A stretch of DNA of 63,297 bases, filler included, from Thraustochytrium aureum (Eukaryota), in assembly GCA_012862495.1 (NCBI GenBank). It is 5 parts of 2 records of this genome, joined end to end, with 100 filler letters (N's around TTAATTAATTAA, not from the genome) between each part and the next. Parts side by side here need not be neighbours in the genome. Positions count along the whole stretch, not along the records: positions 21,240 to 36,593 come from BLSG01000377.1; 4 more parts are not named here. The stretch is one strand, 5' to 3'. Below, piece after piece: positions 21,240 through 33,609 of the stretch (position 1 is its first letter; the number at the start of each line of letters is the position of its first letter). The notes beneath the pieces are model-generated. The model ran no database searches. It was not told the DNA's origin and saw nothing but the letters and a program-made list of their open reading frames with translations. Made by a program: the position numbers and the translations under genes.

Positions 21240-22075
21240 GGTCGCTCGCCGGCGTCGACTTGCAGGCCGTGTTCGGGCCTGGCGCGGCCGCGCTGGCCGG
21301 CTCGCAGCTCGACGCGCTTCGGCCGGCGCGGGAGGACTTTGCCAAAGCATTTTACCAGGTCGTCCCCGAGGAGTTGGCGACCAAGCCGCTATGGCAGGTC
21401 GCGTGCGGCCGCGTTGCCGCGAGGGACGCGTAGCGCCACCAATCTGGTTTGGCTGCTTGCGCGGAGGCTGTCCAAGCGTTTGCGCCTGGACCCAGGGCGC
21501 AGAGCATTGGGGTTGCATGAGTAGACTAAAGTTGAGACGCTCCAAAATTGTTTAAAAAAAAATGGGTTTACTGCGGAGGAGACGCCTCGAAGGACCAAGC
21601 CGCTGCCTTCGGCGGCATGTGACGGGACATCGCTTGCTCCGCGAGCTGAAGGGCCCGCAGACCAGTCCCGTTGGAACCCGGGACTGGTTCTAAAGAGTCT
21701 CGAGATGGCGAAGAGCCTGACGAATGAGGTGCTTCCCGTGTTGATTGACTCGAAACGTCCGTGGCAAACTTGTTGACGACCACCCGCGGATCGGGTACAA
21801 AGAAAAACAAAGCTGCACACCAAGCAAGCTTGATAGCCCGAGCCAGGAGAACACCTTGTTGGTCAGCACTTGTGCGCGCGCCGCCGGAGGCCGCCCGAAG
21901 GCCAAACGCGCTGGCCCCACACTGGAGCGCCGCAATTCGTTCGTTCTTCCTCATTTTTAAAAACGAGAGAGAAGGGCTCGAGCAGCGAGCCGAGATGGGC
22001 CCGGGGCGACCGAGCAAGAGGGGAGCTGCACTCGCCCGCTTCGGTATCGCTTGGGCATGGCAAGGCAGGGAGGGG

Positions 22076-22411
22076 TCAGCGCGGCTTGAAACCGTACTTT
22101 TTCTGCTCGTAGAATCGATTCGTTCTCGACGACCCCAGATTGACCACCTTCGGGCAGCCGTCCCTGTCTTTCTCTTGCTGGCAGCACTCCTTGCAGTAAA
22201 AGGCGTCGGCGACGCCGCGGTTGTTGCAGACGACGCAGCGGCCCATCATTGAGCCGTAGTTGTGCTCGTCACAGACGCGAACCACGTTACAAGGCCGAAC
22301 GAACGAGTCACAGATAACGCACCGCCCTTCGCACCTGTCGCAGACCTTGCCCACCGCCACGCCCGGCAGCTTCCTACACAGGATCAGGTCGGTGTGGTGT
22401 TTGGCCGCCAT
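22076..22411 (-). CDS. PHF5A: PHD finger-like domain protein 5A (SF3b subunit, Rds3), 111 aa
   Basis: [80 protein letters not shown]. Confidence 0.97.
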   Translation of the reverse strand: MAAKHHTDLILCRKLPGVAVGKVCDRCEGRCVICDSFVRPCNVVRVCDEHNYGSMMGRCVVCNNRGVADAFYCKECCQQEKDRDGCPKVVNLGSSRTNRFYEQKKYGFKPR

Positions 22412-22502
22412 GCTGCTGAGACGAAAACCGACCGGCGCCAAGCCCGGGTGCCGTCGCGGAGGTCGAACACGGGCAGCCCCGCCGAGCGCTCGGCTCACAG
22501 AC

Positions 22503-22563
22503 ACGGCCTGCTCCGCCACGGCCTGCTCCGCCACGGCCCGCTCCGCCACGGCCTGCTCCGCCA
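22503..22563. repeat. 15-bp tandem repeat x4 (cacggcctgctccgc) upstream of PHF5A
   Basis: Seen directly. Confidence 0.85.
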
Positions 22564-23532
22564 CCAGCACAACGAGGTCTGCTCGTCGGCCTGCGCGCGC
22601 ACACCCCGCGTCCCGCACAAAGGGTCCGAGCCCAGCCCAGCCTCCCCATCCGCCTTAATCCCGAATCCCAGGGCGGTTGCACCGCGTCACGCCGTCCCCC
22701 CTGTCCCCCGCAATCTTCGCGTCTCCTGCGTCGGTTGGGGATGCGCGTGACGCGGCTCGCGCGGCGTCCTGGCCGGCCCGCGCGCGCAGCTTGGCCGTCA
22801 TTCGAAACACCACACGCTCGCGCGCATCCACCTTACCCGCGCATCCTCCAGCGGCGCGCAGCGGATGGGTGGTCTTCCGGAGCCCCCTCACAACCGACGG
22901 CCCCGGCGCGCTCGCCCCCCTCCCATCCCCATTCAAACGTTTCCCCAACTTGTCCCCCCAACTCCGCGTCCCCCTCACGCCCTCCCTGCCGCCCGCGCGA
23001 AATCCTCGCAAAGATAGCGAACGAACACAGAGAACGCACGGCGAACCTCGCGAGACTCTCGCAGCGCCCCTCTCAAGCGGACTGTGAGGGGCGAACACGC
23101 CTGCTGGGCCCCAGGGAGGGGCGCAGAACAGACCAGCAAAAGGCAGGCAGCAGGCAGGCANNNNNNNNNNNNNNNNNNNNNNNNNNNNNNNNNNNNNNNN
23201 NNNNNNNNNNNNNNNNNNNNNNNNNNNNNNNNNNNNNNNNNNNNNNNNNNNNNNNNNNNNNNNNNNNNNNNNNNNNNNNNNNNNNNNNNNNNNNNNNNNN
23301 NNNNNNNNNNNNNNNNNNNNNNNNNNNNNNNNNNNNNNNNNNNNNNNNNNNNNNNNNNNNNNNNNNNNNNNNNNNNNNNNNNNNNNNNNNNNNNNNNNNN
23401 NNNNNNNNNNNNNNNNNNNNNNNNNNNAAAGGAGGCAATCGGCAACTAACTGTGAATTCAGGCGCGCGCGCAGGCTTACTCTCCAGGTGCAGTAGCAGTA
23501 GCAGCGCCGACATCGCGCGAAACAACGCCGAG

Positions 23533-24180
23533 ATGGCGCAGCAGGTGGTGCCCGAGTTCAAACTGATCCTCGTTGGCGATGGCGGCGTCGGGAAGACCAC
23601 GTTCGTCAAGCGCCATCTCACGGGCGAGTTCGAGAAAAAGTACGTGGCCACGCTAGGCGTTGAGGTCCACCCGCTCGACTTCCACACCAACCACGGCAAA
23701 ATCAAGTTCAACGTGTGGGACACGGCCGGCCAAGAAAAGTACGGCGGCCTGCGCGATGGGTACTACATCCAGGGCGAGTGCGCCATCATCATGTTCGACG
23801 TCACCTCGCGGATCACGTACAAGCACGTGCCCAACTGGCATCGCGACCTGGTGCGCGTCTGCGACGTCATCCCCATCGTCCTCGTCGGCAACAAGGTCGA
23901 CATCAAGGACCGGAGGGTCAAGGCCAAGCAGGTCCTCTTCCACCGCAAGAAGAACCTGCCCTACTACGACATCTCGGCCAAGAGCAACTACCACTTCGAG
24001 AAGCCCTTCCTCTGGCTCGCTCGCAAGCTCGTGGCCCAGCCAAACCTCAACTTTGTGGCCGCGCCCGCGCTCCAGCCCCCGGACGCCCAGATCGACGAGG
24101 CGGCTCAAGCCAAGGCCGAGGCGGACCTCGCCGCTGCTGCGGGCGTCCCGCTTCCGGACGACGACGATGACCTGCTGTAA
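23533..24180 (+). CDS. RAN: GTP-binding nuclear protein Ran
   Basis: [67 protein letters not shown]; acidic tail [10 protein letters not shown]. Confidence 0.99.
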   Translation: MAQQVVPEFKLILVGDGGVGKTTFVKRHLTGEFEKKYVATLGVEVHPLDFHTNHGKIKFNVWDTAGQEKYGGLRDGYYIQGECAIIMFDVTSRITYKHVPNWHRDLVRVCDVIPIVLVGNKVDIKDRRVKAKQVLFHRKKNLPYYDISAKSNYHFEKPFLWLARKLVAQPNLNFVAAPALQPPDAQIDEAAQAKAEADLAAAAGVPLPDDDDDLL

Positions 24181-25023
24181 ACCTGGCCTCAAGTCGCCTC
24201 CCTTTACCTCACCCCATTTTAAACCCTACGGCAGATGGCCTTGAGGTTCTTGCTCTCTGTTCCGTCCGCCTCGTCGCCAGCTCGCTCGCTCTCTCTCTCT
24301 CNNNNNNNNNNNNNNNNNNNNNNNNNNNNNNNNNNNNNNNNNNNNNNNNNNNNNNNNNNNNNNNNNNNNNNNNNNNNNNNNNNNNNNNNNNNNNNNNNNN
24401 NNNNNNNNNNNNNNNNNNNNNNNNNNNNNNNNNNNNNNNNNNNNNNNNNNNNNNNNNNNNNNNNNNNNNNNNNNNNNNNNNNNNNNNNNNNNNNNNNNNN
24501 NNNNNNNNNNNNNNNNNNNNNNNNNNNNNNNNNNNNNNNNNNNNNNNNNNNNNNNNNNNNNNNNNNNNNNNNNNNNNNNNNNNNNNNNNNNNNNNNNNNN
24601 NNNNNNNNNNNNNNNNNNNNNNNNNNNNNNNNNNNNNNNNNNNNNNNNNNNNNNNNNNNNNNNNNNNNNNNNNNNNNNNNNNNNNNNNNNNNNNNNNNNN
24701 NNNNNNNNNNNNNNNNNNNNNNNNNNNNNNNNNNNNNNNNNNNNNNNNNNNNNNNNNNNNNNNNNNNNNNNNNNNNNNNNNNNNNNNNNNNNNNNNNNNN
24801 NNNNNNNNNNNNNNNNNNNNNNNNNNNNNNNNNNNNNNNNNNNNNNNNNNNNNNNNNNNNNNNNNNNNNNNNNNNNNNNNNNNNNNNNNNNNNNNNNNNN
24901 NNNNNNNNNNNNNNNNNNNNNNNNNNNNNNNNNNNNNNNNNNNNNNNNNNNNNNNNNNNNNNNNNNNNNNNNNNNNNNNNNNNNNNNNNNNNNNNNNNNN
25001 NNNNNNNNNNNNNNNNNNNNNNN

Positions 25024-28000
25024 GACCCGGCCAGGACGCCGCGGCACGAGGCCAGGTTGACGAGGTTGATGCACTGCAGGACAGCCTTGGGCCTCTGGCC
25101 GATGCTGTGCGAGGCCGGGTCCAGCCTCGGGAGCAGCTCGCGCTCGACGTTCTGCAGGTAGACTTGGGCGTCAAGCGGAGCGGCCAAGCGCCGTCCTTGT
25201 ACGAGCTGTTGCGGAGTCAAGGAGCCACGGAAGAGAGCAGAGTTCGCCGCGCAAGAGCAAAGCCGGGGCCGAGGCGCCCGAGACCGCACAAAGCGACGCA
25301 CCGCAAGCGAAGCAAAATCGACGACGCTCAACTGCATTTCCACGCACCGTCAGATCCCACAACGCGGGAACAAATCTTACGGCTCCCGCGCCTCGGCAAG
25401 CCGAGCATGTACAGTAGACAGGTAGCAAGCCAGCATTCTGCGGGCTTTTACCCAGGCGCCAAAGGAAAATCGGTGGACGTCGAGCTAGACAACGAGCTTC
25501 GCGACGAGGACTTGCCGCCGCAAAGTGGGCTGACCGCCGACCCACGCAAGCACAGCAGCTCGGCCAAAGGGATTCCGCGAAAGATGGCACGTTCAGCTCA
25601 GCACAAGCACCGGATGCGCTCCCGGGCGGGCCGTCAGCAGCGCCGCCAGCGCACTCGGCGCTCGCGATGATCGCTCTTCGGCAGCCAGCCGCGGCCACAA
25701 AGAACGGGGCCGCAGCACCGCACGGGAGCGCAAAGAGAGACCACAGGGCCCAAGAGCGAGGAGAGACCAAGCAACATCATCTAGCGGCTGGGGGCACGAG
25801 ACGCTCGCCTCGTCGCGCGCCGCGCACGCCTCAGCCCGCGGCAGCGTCGGAGCAGGCTTTGAGCAACCAAATCCCACTAGAAGACGGGGTTCAGCGACTC
25901 GTCAAAGCAACCAAGGCGGCGAACCAGCAAGTGCTGGACGAGCTCGAACGTGGCAAGCAGAGACTCCCAACAGAGTTTCTCGCAAAGTACCGTCTTCGGT
26001 CGTACTGCTTGGAGCAAGGGAGCGATCGCATCGTTCGCGTGATGAAGCGAATGGTCACCAAGGCACAGCGTGAAGCCGTCGCACACTGGAGAGCTTACGC
26101 ACGTTGGCACCGCCGAGAGGAACGACGCAAGGCAGCGCTGCAGATTCAGCGCTTTGCTCGTGGGTCGCTGTGCCGGTCGCGCAACGCTCTAGTGGAGCGC
26201 ACGAAATCAAATGCGCGGCGACGAAAACGCACGGCCGCCGCGCTCGTCGACGTCCAAGCAGCCCGATACAGCGCATGCAAGAGCATCCAGCGCGTGCTGC
26301 GTGGCCACTATGGGCGCAAGGCAGCCCGTGAGCGCCGCCTGGACATCGCGGCGGTGCTACGAGTCCAAACGCACTGGCGAGGCAAGCGTTGCGCCTTTGC
26401 GCTTGTTGTCCTGCGCAAGATGCTGGAGCACAAGCACTGCTGTGCAATCAAGATCCAAGCGACCTTCCGCGGAATGAAGGGCCGCCTCGCCGGCCGACGT
26501 GTAGCTGCTGCGGCTGCGCGAGCAGAGCTTGAAGCGCGACTAACGAATGCAGAGTTCCTCCGCAACCAGCGCTTCATGCAAACTGGGGCAGCAGTTGTGG
26601 TCCAAAAGGCCTACCGCGCACGCCGGTTTCGCGGAAACTTTGCGTTTTGCGGCCACCGGCTCGCGATTCAAATGCAGCGCATTGTACGGGGCTTTTTGGC
26701 TCGACGCAGGGCGGCTCGACTGCGACAAGTTGGAGCCTTTGAAAGGTGGGTACGCAGCAATCAGTTCGTTCTCGAAAGCGCCGCGCTCAAGCTGCAATGC
26801 GCCTTCAGAACGTCCCAGAGCAGGCACCTCGTTGCGAGCATCCAGGCAGAGCGCAACCAGATCAAGCGCGCCAGACTCGAGGCCAAAGCAGCCCAGCTAG
26901 GGCTCAAGCGCAAGCGCGGCCGCCTGGCCAACATGCTCGTCTCCAAGTCGCGTAAAGGACGGGCAGCAAGCACGATTCAACGCTTTTGGCGCGGCCGCAT
27001 GNNNNNNNNNNNNNNNNNNNNNNNNNNNNNNNNNNNNNNNNNNNNNNNNNNNNNNNNNNNNNNNNNNNNNNNNNNNNNNNNNNNNNNNNNNNNNNNNNNN
27101 NNNNNNNNNNNNNNNNNNNNNNNNNNNNNNNNNNNNNNNNNNNNNNNNNNNNNNNNNNNNNNNNNNNNNNNNNNNNNNNNNNNNNNNNNNNNNNNNNNNN
27201 NNNNNNNNNNNNNNNNNNNNNNNNNNNNNNNNNNNNNNNNNNNNNNNNNNNNNNNNNNNNNNNNNNNNNNNNNNNNNNNNNNNNNNNNNNNNNNNNNNNN
27301 NNNNNNNNNNNNNNNNNNNNNNNNNNNNNNNNNNNNNNNNNNNNNNNNNNNNNNNNNNNNNNNNNNNNNNNNNNNNNNNNNNNNNNNNNNNNNNNNNNNN
27401 NNNNNNNNNNNNNNNNNNNNNNNNNNNNNNNNNNNNNNNNNNNNNNNNNNNNNNNNNNNNNNNNNNNNNNNNNNNNNNNNNNNNNNNNNNNNNNNNNNNN
27501 NNNNNNNNNNNNNNNNNNNNNNNNNNNNNNNNNNNNNNNNNNNNNNNNNNNNNNNNNNNNNNNNNNNNNNNNNNNNNNNNNNNNNNNNNNNNNNNNNNNN
27601 NNNNNNNNNNNNNNNNNCAGGCCCGCCGAAATCTCTTCCTTGCGATCCGCTCCTCGTTCCGGTGCTTTGTCGACATCGAGTCTGGGACAAGGTTCTGGCA
27701 GAACCCCTCGTCGGGCACGACGTCCTGGACCAAGCCGGCGATCTTGGGGGACGGCGAGGTCGACGCCGTGATCCATATCCCTCCGGAGCGGCACCAGCTC
27801 GTGGAGTTTTGCTCGCGATGCGAGCAAGCTGCGATCTCTGCGTACTGCGAGCAGTGTGAGGATGCATTTTGTCAGGCGTGCAGTGCAATTGTTCACAAGA
27901 AGGGCAAGCGCTCCAAGCACGACCTCGTCCAGGTCGCAAGGTGCTCAAACTGCCAGTTTCAGCTTGCCTCGCGCGAGTGCCTTGAGTGCGGCGATCTCCC

Positions 28001-29960
28001 GTTGTGCGATACGTGTGCCGACTACACACACCGGGGGGGCGCCAAGCTGCACCACTCCCTGGGCTGGCTGGTGGACGACCTTGACGTTTGCTCGTTGTGC
28101 CAGGTCCGGGCGGCGCGGTATGACTACCCCGGCCCAACCTGTAGCCGGTGCCTCGAGGGCACCTACGGGGTTGACCCGTTTTCCCAGTACCCACGCCGCT
28201 TCAACACCAAGGCGATTCGGACCCATCAAGCGGACCTGCAAGAGCGGCGCCTCAGGCAATTCATCCTTGAGCAGGCCGAAGAAAAGGAGCTGCAACGCAA
28301 GGCAAAGGAGCGCGCTGCGGCGGCGACACGCATCCAGCGAATCGTCCGCGGCACACTTGCTCGGAAGAGCGCGGCTGGAGCCGCCGTAGCAGCAGCGTTG
28401 AAACACCGCAAGGACGAGATTGAGCGCCAGCGCGAGGCAGCGGAGCAGGCCAAGTTTGTCAACCGGATGAAGGCCAACGCGGCGCAAGTGAGGAAAATAA
28501 AAACCCTCGCGTTGGACGCGGGCCAGATTTTAGCGAAGCGGCGCGAAGAAGCGCTTGCAAAGGCCAAGGACGTTTTGGCAAAGCACCCTGCAGCCGACAC
28601 GCAGAGCGTAGGTTCCACCGGGCAAGACGCAGCACTAGATGCGAATGTCGCTCAGCAGCCGCAAGCCAAGTCTGTGACTGCCACGGTGCGGAAATCGGCG
28701 CTCCTCGGCAAGCTTGGTGCCAAGTTCATCGGGGTTCGGGGCAGAGGCGCACAAACGCCTGGCGATAAACTGCAGGAACTCCTTGCAGCGGAACCCTCAA
28801 CGAATGCAGGCAGCGAAGGCGCGGCTCAAGTTGAAGGCGAAATTGGTCCGGCTCAAGCTCGTGCAACGGATCACGCAGGTAGTGTACTGCCCATGCAAGC
28901 AGCGCTCAACAATGACGCCGCTGTTGCTGACNNNNNNNNNNNNNNNNNNNNNNNNNNNNNNNNNNNNNNNNNNNNNNNNNNNNNNNNNNNNNNNNNNNNN
29001 NNNNNNNNNNNNNNNNNNNNNNNNNNNNNNNNNNNNNNNNNNNNNNNNNNNNNNNNNNNNNNNNNNNNNNNNNNNNNNNNNNNNNNNNNNNNNNNNNNNN
29101 NNNNNNNNNNNNNNNNNNNNNNNNNNNNNNNNNNNNNNNNNNNNNNNNNNNNNNNNNNNNNNNNNNNNNNNNNNNNNNNNNNNNNNNNNNNNNNNNNNNN
29201 NNNNNNNNNNNNNNNNNNNNNNNNNNNNNNNNNNNNNNNNNNNNNNNNNNNNNNNNNNNNNNNNNNNNNNNNNNNNNNNNNNNNNNNNNNNNNNNNNNNN
29301 NNNNNNNNNNNNNNNNNNNNNNNNNNNNNNNNNNNNNNNNNNNNNNNNNNNNNNGCTGCGGGAGGCGCGCTGGAGATGCCCGCTGAATTCGGCTCCGACT
29401 GGTACGGCCAAGGCGCTGCAGGAACCACGAACGTTGAAGTCGGCTCCGACTGGTACGGCCAAGGCGCTGCAGAAGCCACGAACGTCGAATTCGGCTCTGA
29501 CTGGTATTCCCAAGGCGGCGCAGAAACCACGAACGTTCAAGTCGGCTCCGACTGGTATGGCCAGAGCACAACTGATACGGGATACGAAACCTATGGGGAC
29601 GGTCAGGACCAAGGCTGGAACGATCCCAGCCAAGGCTACGATGCGTACGCCTACGCATGGCAGGACAACGGCAACGCAGGATACCACGGAGGCTATGAGG
29701 GCGGCTTTGTTGCCCACGAAGACGGCTACTACGATGCGTCTCACCAGGACTACTACGCTGGACAGGAAGTCGACGCGATGAATTATGGGGAGAGCGCTGG
29801 GGCATTCGACAGCATCACGGAGACTGCAGCAGTGCCAACCGAGGCGGAAGCCGCCTCGGACTGGGTTGAATGCCTCGACGAGAGCACCGGCCAGCCCTAC
29901 TATTACAACACACAGCGTCGCATCTCGCAGTGGACCAACCCGTTCGACGGAGCCGCCTAA
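25024..29960 (+). CDS. Large IQ-motif / WW / B-box zinc-finger protein (5' end in gap, two internal gaps, probable indel near 25650)
   Basis: Many IQ motifs (IQRFARG, IQRVLRG, VQTHWRG, IQATFRG, IQRFWRG, IQRIVRG). WW-like FVDIESGTRFWQNPSSGTTSWTKP. B-boxes CSRC..CEQCEDAFCQACSAIVHKKGKRSKH and CSNC..CLEC..CDTCADYTH. C-terminal WW DWVECLDESTGQPYYYNTQRRISQWTNP. Confidence 0.8.
29385..29570 (+). repeat. 51-bp coding tandem repeat (17-aa unit GSDWYGQGAAxxTNVEx, about 3.5 copies)
   Basis: ggctccgactggtac-like unit starting at 29391, 29442, 29493 and 29544. Confidence 0.85.
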
Positions 29961-30409
29961 AAAACAAAGCGCTCTTTTCCAAAAGCATCAAGTTGAGACC
30001 CCACCGCGCGGACTCTGATCAGGTTGATGAGCGAACGCGGCCGCCCGCTCCGAGCTAGCCTTGGCGCGCATTTGATCTTGGTGTTCCTTTGCTCCTCGGT
30101 GGTGCACGACGCCCTCGATCATTCGCTCATTCGCTGGCCACAAGCTCAGCAGCAGCAGCAGCAGCGAGCGAGCAGCAGTAGACGCCGCGCGCTGCAAAGC
30201 CCACCCGATCGCAGAGGACGCGCGCCGCGGCAAAGCGCCCCAAGGATTGCAAGCAACGCTCAGGAGCACGCGGCCATCCTGCTCCGCGAAGCCGCGGGCG
30301 ATTCGGTGAACAGACGTGCCAAGGCGGCGAGAACACCTCCCTCACCTGCTTGCTTGCTGGCTGGCTGGCTGGCTGGCTGCGCGAGCGGCTCGCGGTAGGG
30401 CTTGGCGCG

Positions 30410-31059
30410 ATGGTGAACATTCGACGCGCGACGGTGGACGACCTCGTGGCGATGCAGAACACCAACCTGCACTGCCTGCCGGAGAACTACCAGATGAAGT
30501 ACTATTTCTACCACATCTTGTCCTGGCCCCAGCTGCTGTACGTGGCCGAGGACTACAACGAGAAGATCGTGGGCTATGTGCTCGCCAAGATGTAAGTGGG
30601 TTCGGTCTGGTCCGCCTGAGCGGGCGCCTGGCCTTGTCGCTGACGGTTGAATGGGTGCGCAGGGATGAGGACCAGACAACAGGGCTGCACGGACACATCA
30701 CCTCTCTCGCGGTGCTGCGGACCCACCGCAAGCTCGGCCTTGCTACCAAGCTGATGCGCGCCGCGCAGCGCGATATGGAGGGGACCTTCAGCGCCAAGTT
30801 TGTTTCGCTGCACGTGCGGAGAAGCAACTATGCGGCATTTCACCTGTACACTGACACGCTGGGCTACAAGATCAACGGGATCGAGGCAGGCTACTACGCT
30901 GACGGCGAAGACGCATACGACATGAAGAAGGATTTCGAGTCGAACGCCGAGAGCGCGGAAGATGGAAAGCAACAAACCGACGCAGTCGCTGACGGCGACG
31001 TCGAGCACGACCTCGAGAAGGACGCCGCTGCCGGCGCCGAGCCAAAAGCTGACGAGTAG
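30410..31059 (+). CDS. NAA10: N-alpha-acetyltransferase 10 (NatA catalytic subunit ARD1); exons 30410-30591 and 30663-31059
   Basis: [56 protein letters not shown] / [50 protein letters not shown]. 71-nt intron GTAAGT..GCTGAC..CAG. Confidence 0.97.
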
Positions 31060-31392
31060 GTCTTACGTCGAGCGCTGCAACTCGTTTTGGGGGGCCCAAG
31101 AGTAACGAGGCAGTCGCACTGCAGCGATTTCTGTGGCATAGCCTTGCTCTGCGGTGGACTTTTTCGCAAGTCGGCTTGACTTTGGCTTTTGAAAATGCTC
31201 AGACCAAGTGAAGCGGCACACTGTGTGTGAGAGAATGGGGCTTGGCTCTCCGCGTCGGGCTCCGTGTCGGGCTCCACGCCTCGCTTCGCGGACCCCTCCG
31301 CATTGCGTTGGTCTCCGCGTTGATCGACTCGCGCAGGACTGCAATCAGATTTTGCTTGGTCTCTTTCGAAAAGGTTTTAAAAAACTTAATCT

Positions 31393-33609
31393 TCACACCC
31401 CAGAGCCGCCGATATTGCGCGCCTGCTCGCGCTGGATACGAGACTCCAACTTTTGGTATGCCGCGATGGCATGCTTGAGGCGCAACTCCATTTGGTCGTA
31501 CGCGTCTCGAGTTGCAGCGTCCATGCCCGCTGTCTTGAGCGACTCGATCTGCTCCTGCAGCTCCAGAACCACCCCTTCGTGCCGAGCTTGCGCCTCGGCT
31601 GCTGCCTGCTGCTCGCGCGCTAGCGAGTCGAAAAGATCAAGCTGCGCCGACTCGGCCTTGGACAAGACGTCGCGGACGCGGGCTGTCTCCGCCGCATGCT
31701 CTTCTACTTCAAGGTCACGCTGCTTGAGCAGCTTGCGCGTCACTGCAAGGTTTTCTTCCGCGCGGATCGCCTTGGCCTGCATCTCCTTGACTGTTTTCGC
31801 CATCTCGTGCCGCGTCCCCATGAGCGCGGTGATAACCTTGTCCTTGCGTTGGTTTTCGGTGCGCTCTTCTTGCATTAGCTTGATGAGTTTGCGAAACTTT
31901 GACGAAATCTGCTCTTGCTCCTCGCGCGCCGCTTCAAGTTCGCTGGTGCGGATTCCGAGCTCCTCCACGGTCCCTGTGTACATATTTGTCAACAGCTCAA
32001 CGTCGAGCGCCATCGCGTCAAACGTGGTGGCCGTTGTCAAGACCATCTTCTCCAGGGTTTCTAGCCGTGGCTTGAACCACGCCGACTCGCTCTCGTGCGA
32101 CGCCTTTGCAACCGTCTTGTCGTCGTGCATCTTGGCCAAGTCGTCGCGAAGCTGGCCGTTCTCGAGCAGAAGCGTGCCATTCCGCTTTTGCAACTGCACA
32201 TAGTCGTCCTCGATTTTCAGAAGGCGCTGCCGCGCTTCTTCGAGGCGCACCAGCTGCTTGGAGCTGGTCACAACGTCACGGTCGCTCAGAGTTGACCCAG
32301 GTGGCGTCTTCGAGTCGAGAGCCGAGGTACCAAGTCTCGACGCGTCCGCGGCGGCTTTGCTCTGCCCAACATCCTGGCCTTCGGCTTGCCCGCTGTGAGC
32401 GTCGAGGTTGATGCCGAGCCCTCTGTTTGGAAGCCCCCCCGCCTTGATTGCTGCAAGAGCCGTCTCAAGGAGCTCCACTTGGTGCTCGGCACTATCTTTG
32501 CTCTTCTGGAGCGCGAGGTTTTCCATGCGAAGCGAGTGGAGCTCCTCAACGATGTCAACCCCGTCTCTGACGTATCCAAGTGTTTTAGCGACACCCATGA
32601 GGTGCCGCATCGCTTCGGCCACTGTCACGACAGCCTTTGCCAGCTCAGACGTCTGCGAACCAGCGGCTCCAGACCCAGAGGCCCCGCTTGAGCGCAGGAA
32701 CGACAGGAGCATCCGCCTCCCGCCTCCTTGCCCAACCTCGTCTGCACCGAGGCCCAAGCCCTCTTCGGAGCCGTTGTCAGACTTGAGGCCGAGCGTCGCG
32801 TCAAGTTCGGCCTTCTCCTGCAGCACGGTGCCTAGGAGAGAGCAGAGCATTCGATGGTGCTCCATGGATAGCTCGCTGATTCTTTGGCCATCGAGCGCGT
32901 CACTTTCCTCGGGCGGAAACGACGTTCTTGTGGCCGGATCACCGTATCCGCGCGGCGTGGCTTGGCCCTCCACCTTGGCTCTTGCGTGGTCGCCGCCGCC
33001 TCCGAATAGCTTGTAGTTTTTGAGCTTGGCCTCCAGTAGACGCGCGTTTTCCTCCCTCTTGGTTCCCTTCAACTCCATGGAGCTCACTGGATGGAGACGG
33101 AACATCTCGCCTCGGTCGAGGCCGGGGGCGGGCTCGAATAAGGGTGACTCTTTGCACGAGTCCAGGAAGCCCTGGATGACTCTCATATCCGCCTTTATCT
33201 GCTTGACAAAAGTGTGATTGCGTCTCGTCACCTCAACCTCGGGACTCTCCTTGAGCAACGAGGACAGTGTGGGGCCTTCTCGAAGCGACCTACAATACTC
33301 GAGCTGGGCGCTGATGTGCTGGGCGAGCAGCTTGACGTCGCTTCTCCATGTGGCTACCTGCTGCTTTGCTACCTCGAACCGAGAGTCGCCTTCGATGTGG
33401 GTTCGAAGCTGCGAGGCAGTCTCGCGAAGGCTTCTTTGGAGCAGCTTGCCTCGCTTTGCGAGCTCGTCGCCCTGTGCATCTTGCTCCGGGGACCTGGCAT
33501 CACGCAGCTTCCGCATCCTCGATACGCCCATGGGTTGCGAGAAGCGTCGTGCGTTGTTGTTGTTGTTGTTGTTTTCAGCTGCCGGCCTCTGCGGCGTTGC
33601 TGGCTTCAT
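31393..33609 (-). CDS. Long coiled-coil hypothetical protein (738 aa)
   Basis: Uninterrupted ORF with an E/K/L/Q-rich heptad pattern and poly-Asn near the N-terminus; no family recognised. Confidence 0.7.
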   Translation of the reverse strand: MKPATPQRPAAENNNNNNNARRFSQPMGVSRMRKLRDARSPEQDAQGDELAKRGKLLQRSLRETASQLRTHIEGDSRFEVAKQQVATWRSDVKLLAQHISAQLEYCRSLREGPTLSSLLKESPEVEVTRRNHTFVKQIKADMRVIQGFLDSCKESPLFEPAPGLDRGEMFRLHPVSSMELKGTKREENARLLEAKLKNYKLFGGGGDHARAKVEGQATPRGYGDPATRTSFPPEESDALDGQRISELSMEHHRMLCSLLGTVLQEKAELDATLGLKSDNGSEEGLGLGADEVGQGGGRRMLLSFLRSSGASGSGAAGSQTSELAKAVVTVAEAMRHLMGVAKTLGYVRDGVDIVEELHSLRMENLALQKSKDSAEHQVELLETALAAIKAGGLPNRGLGINLDAHSGQAEGQDVGQSKAAADASRLGTSALDSKTPPGSTLSDRDVVTSSKQLVRLEEARQRLLKIEDDYVQLQKRNGTLLLENGQLRDDLAKMHDDKTVAKASHESESAWFKPRLETLEKMVLTTATTFDAMALDVELLTNMYTGTVEELGIRTSELEAAREEQEQISSKFRKLIKLMQEERTENQRKDKVITALMGTRHEMAKTVKEMQAKAIRAEENLAVTRKLLKQRDLEVEEHAAETARVRDVLSKAESAQLDLFDSLAREQQAAAEAQARHEGVVLELQEQIESLKTAGMDAATRDAYDQMELRLKHAIAAYQKLESRIQREQARNIGGSGV

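Noticed and set aside
21240..22017. Possible spliced minus-strand gene downstream of PHF5A
   Set aside because: Low-complexity translations, uncertain splice sites and truncation by the linker give insufficient evidence.
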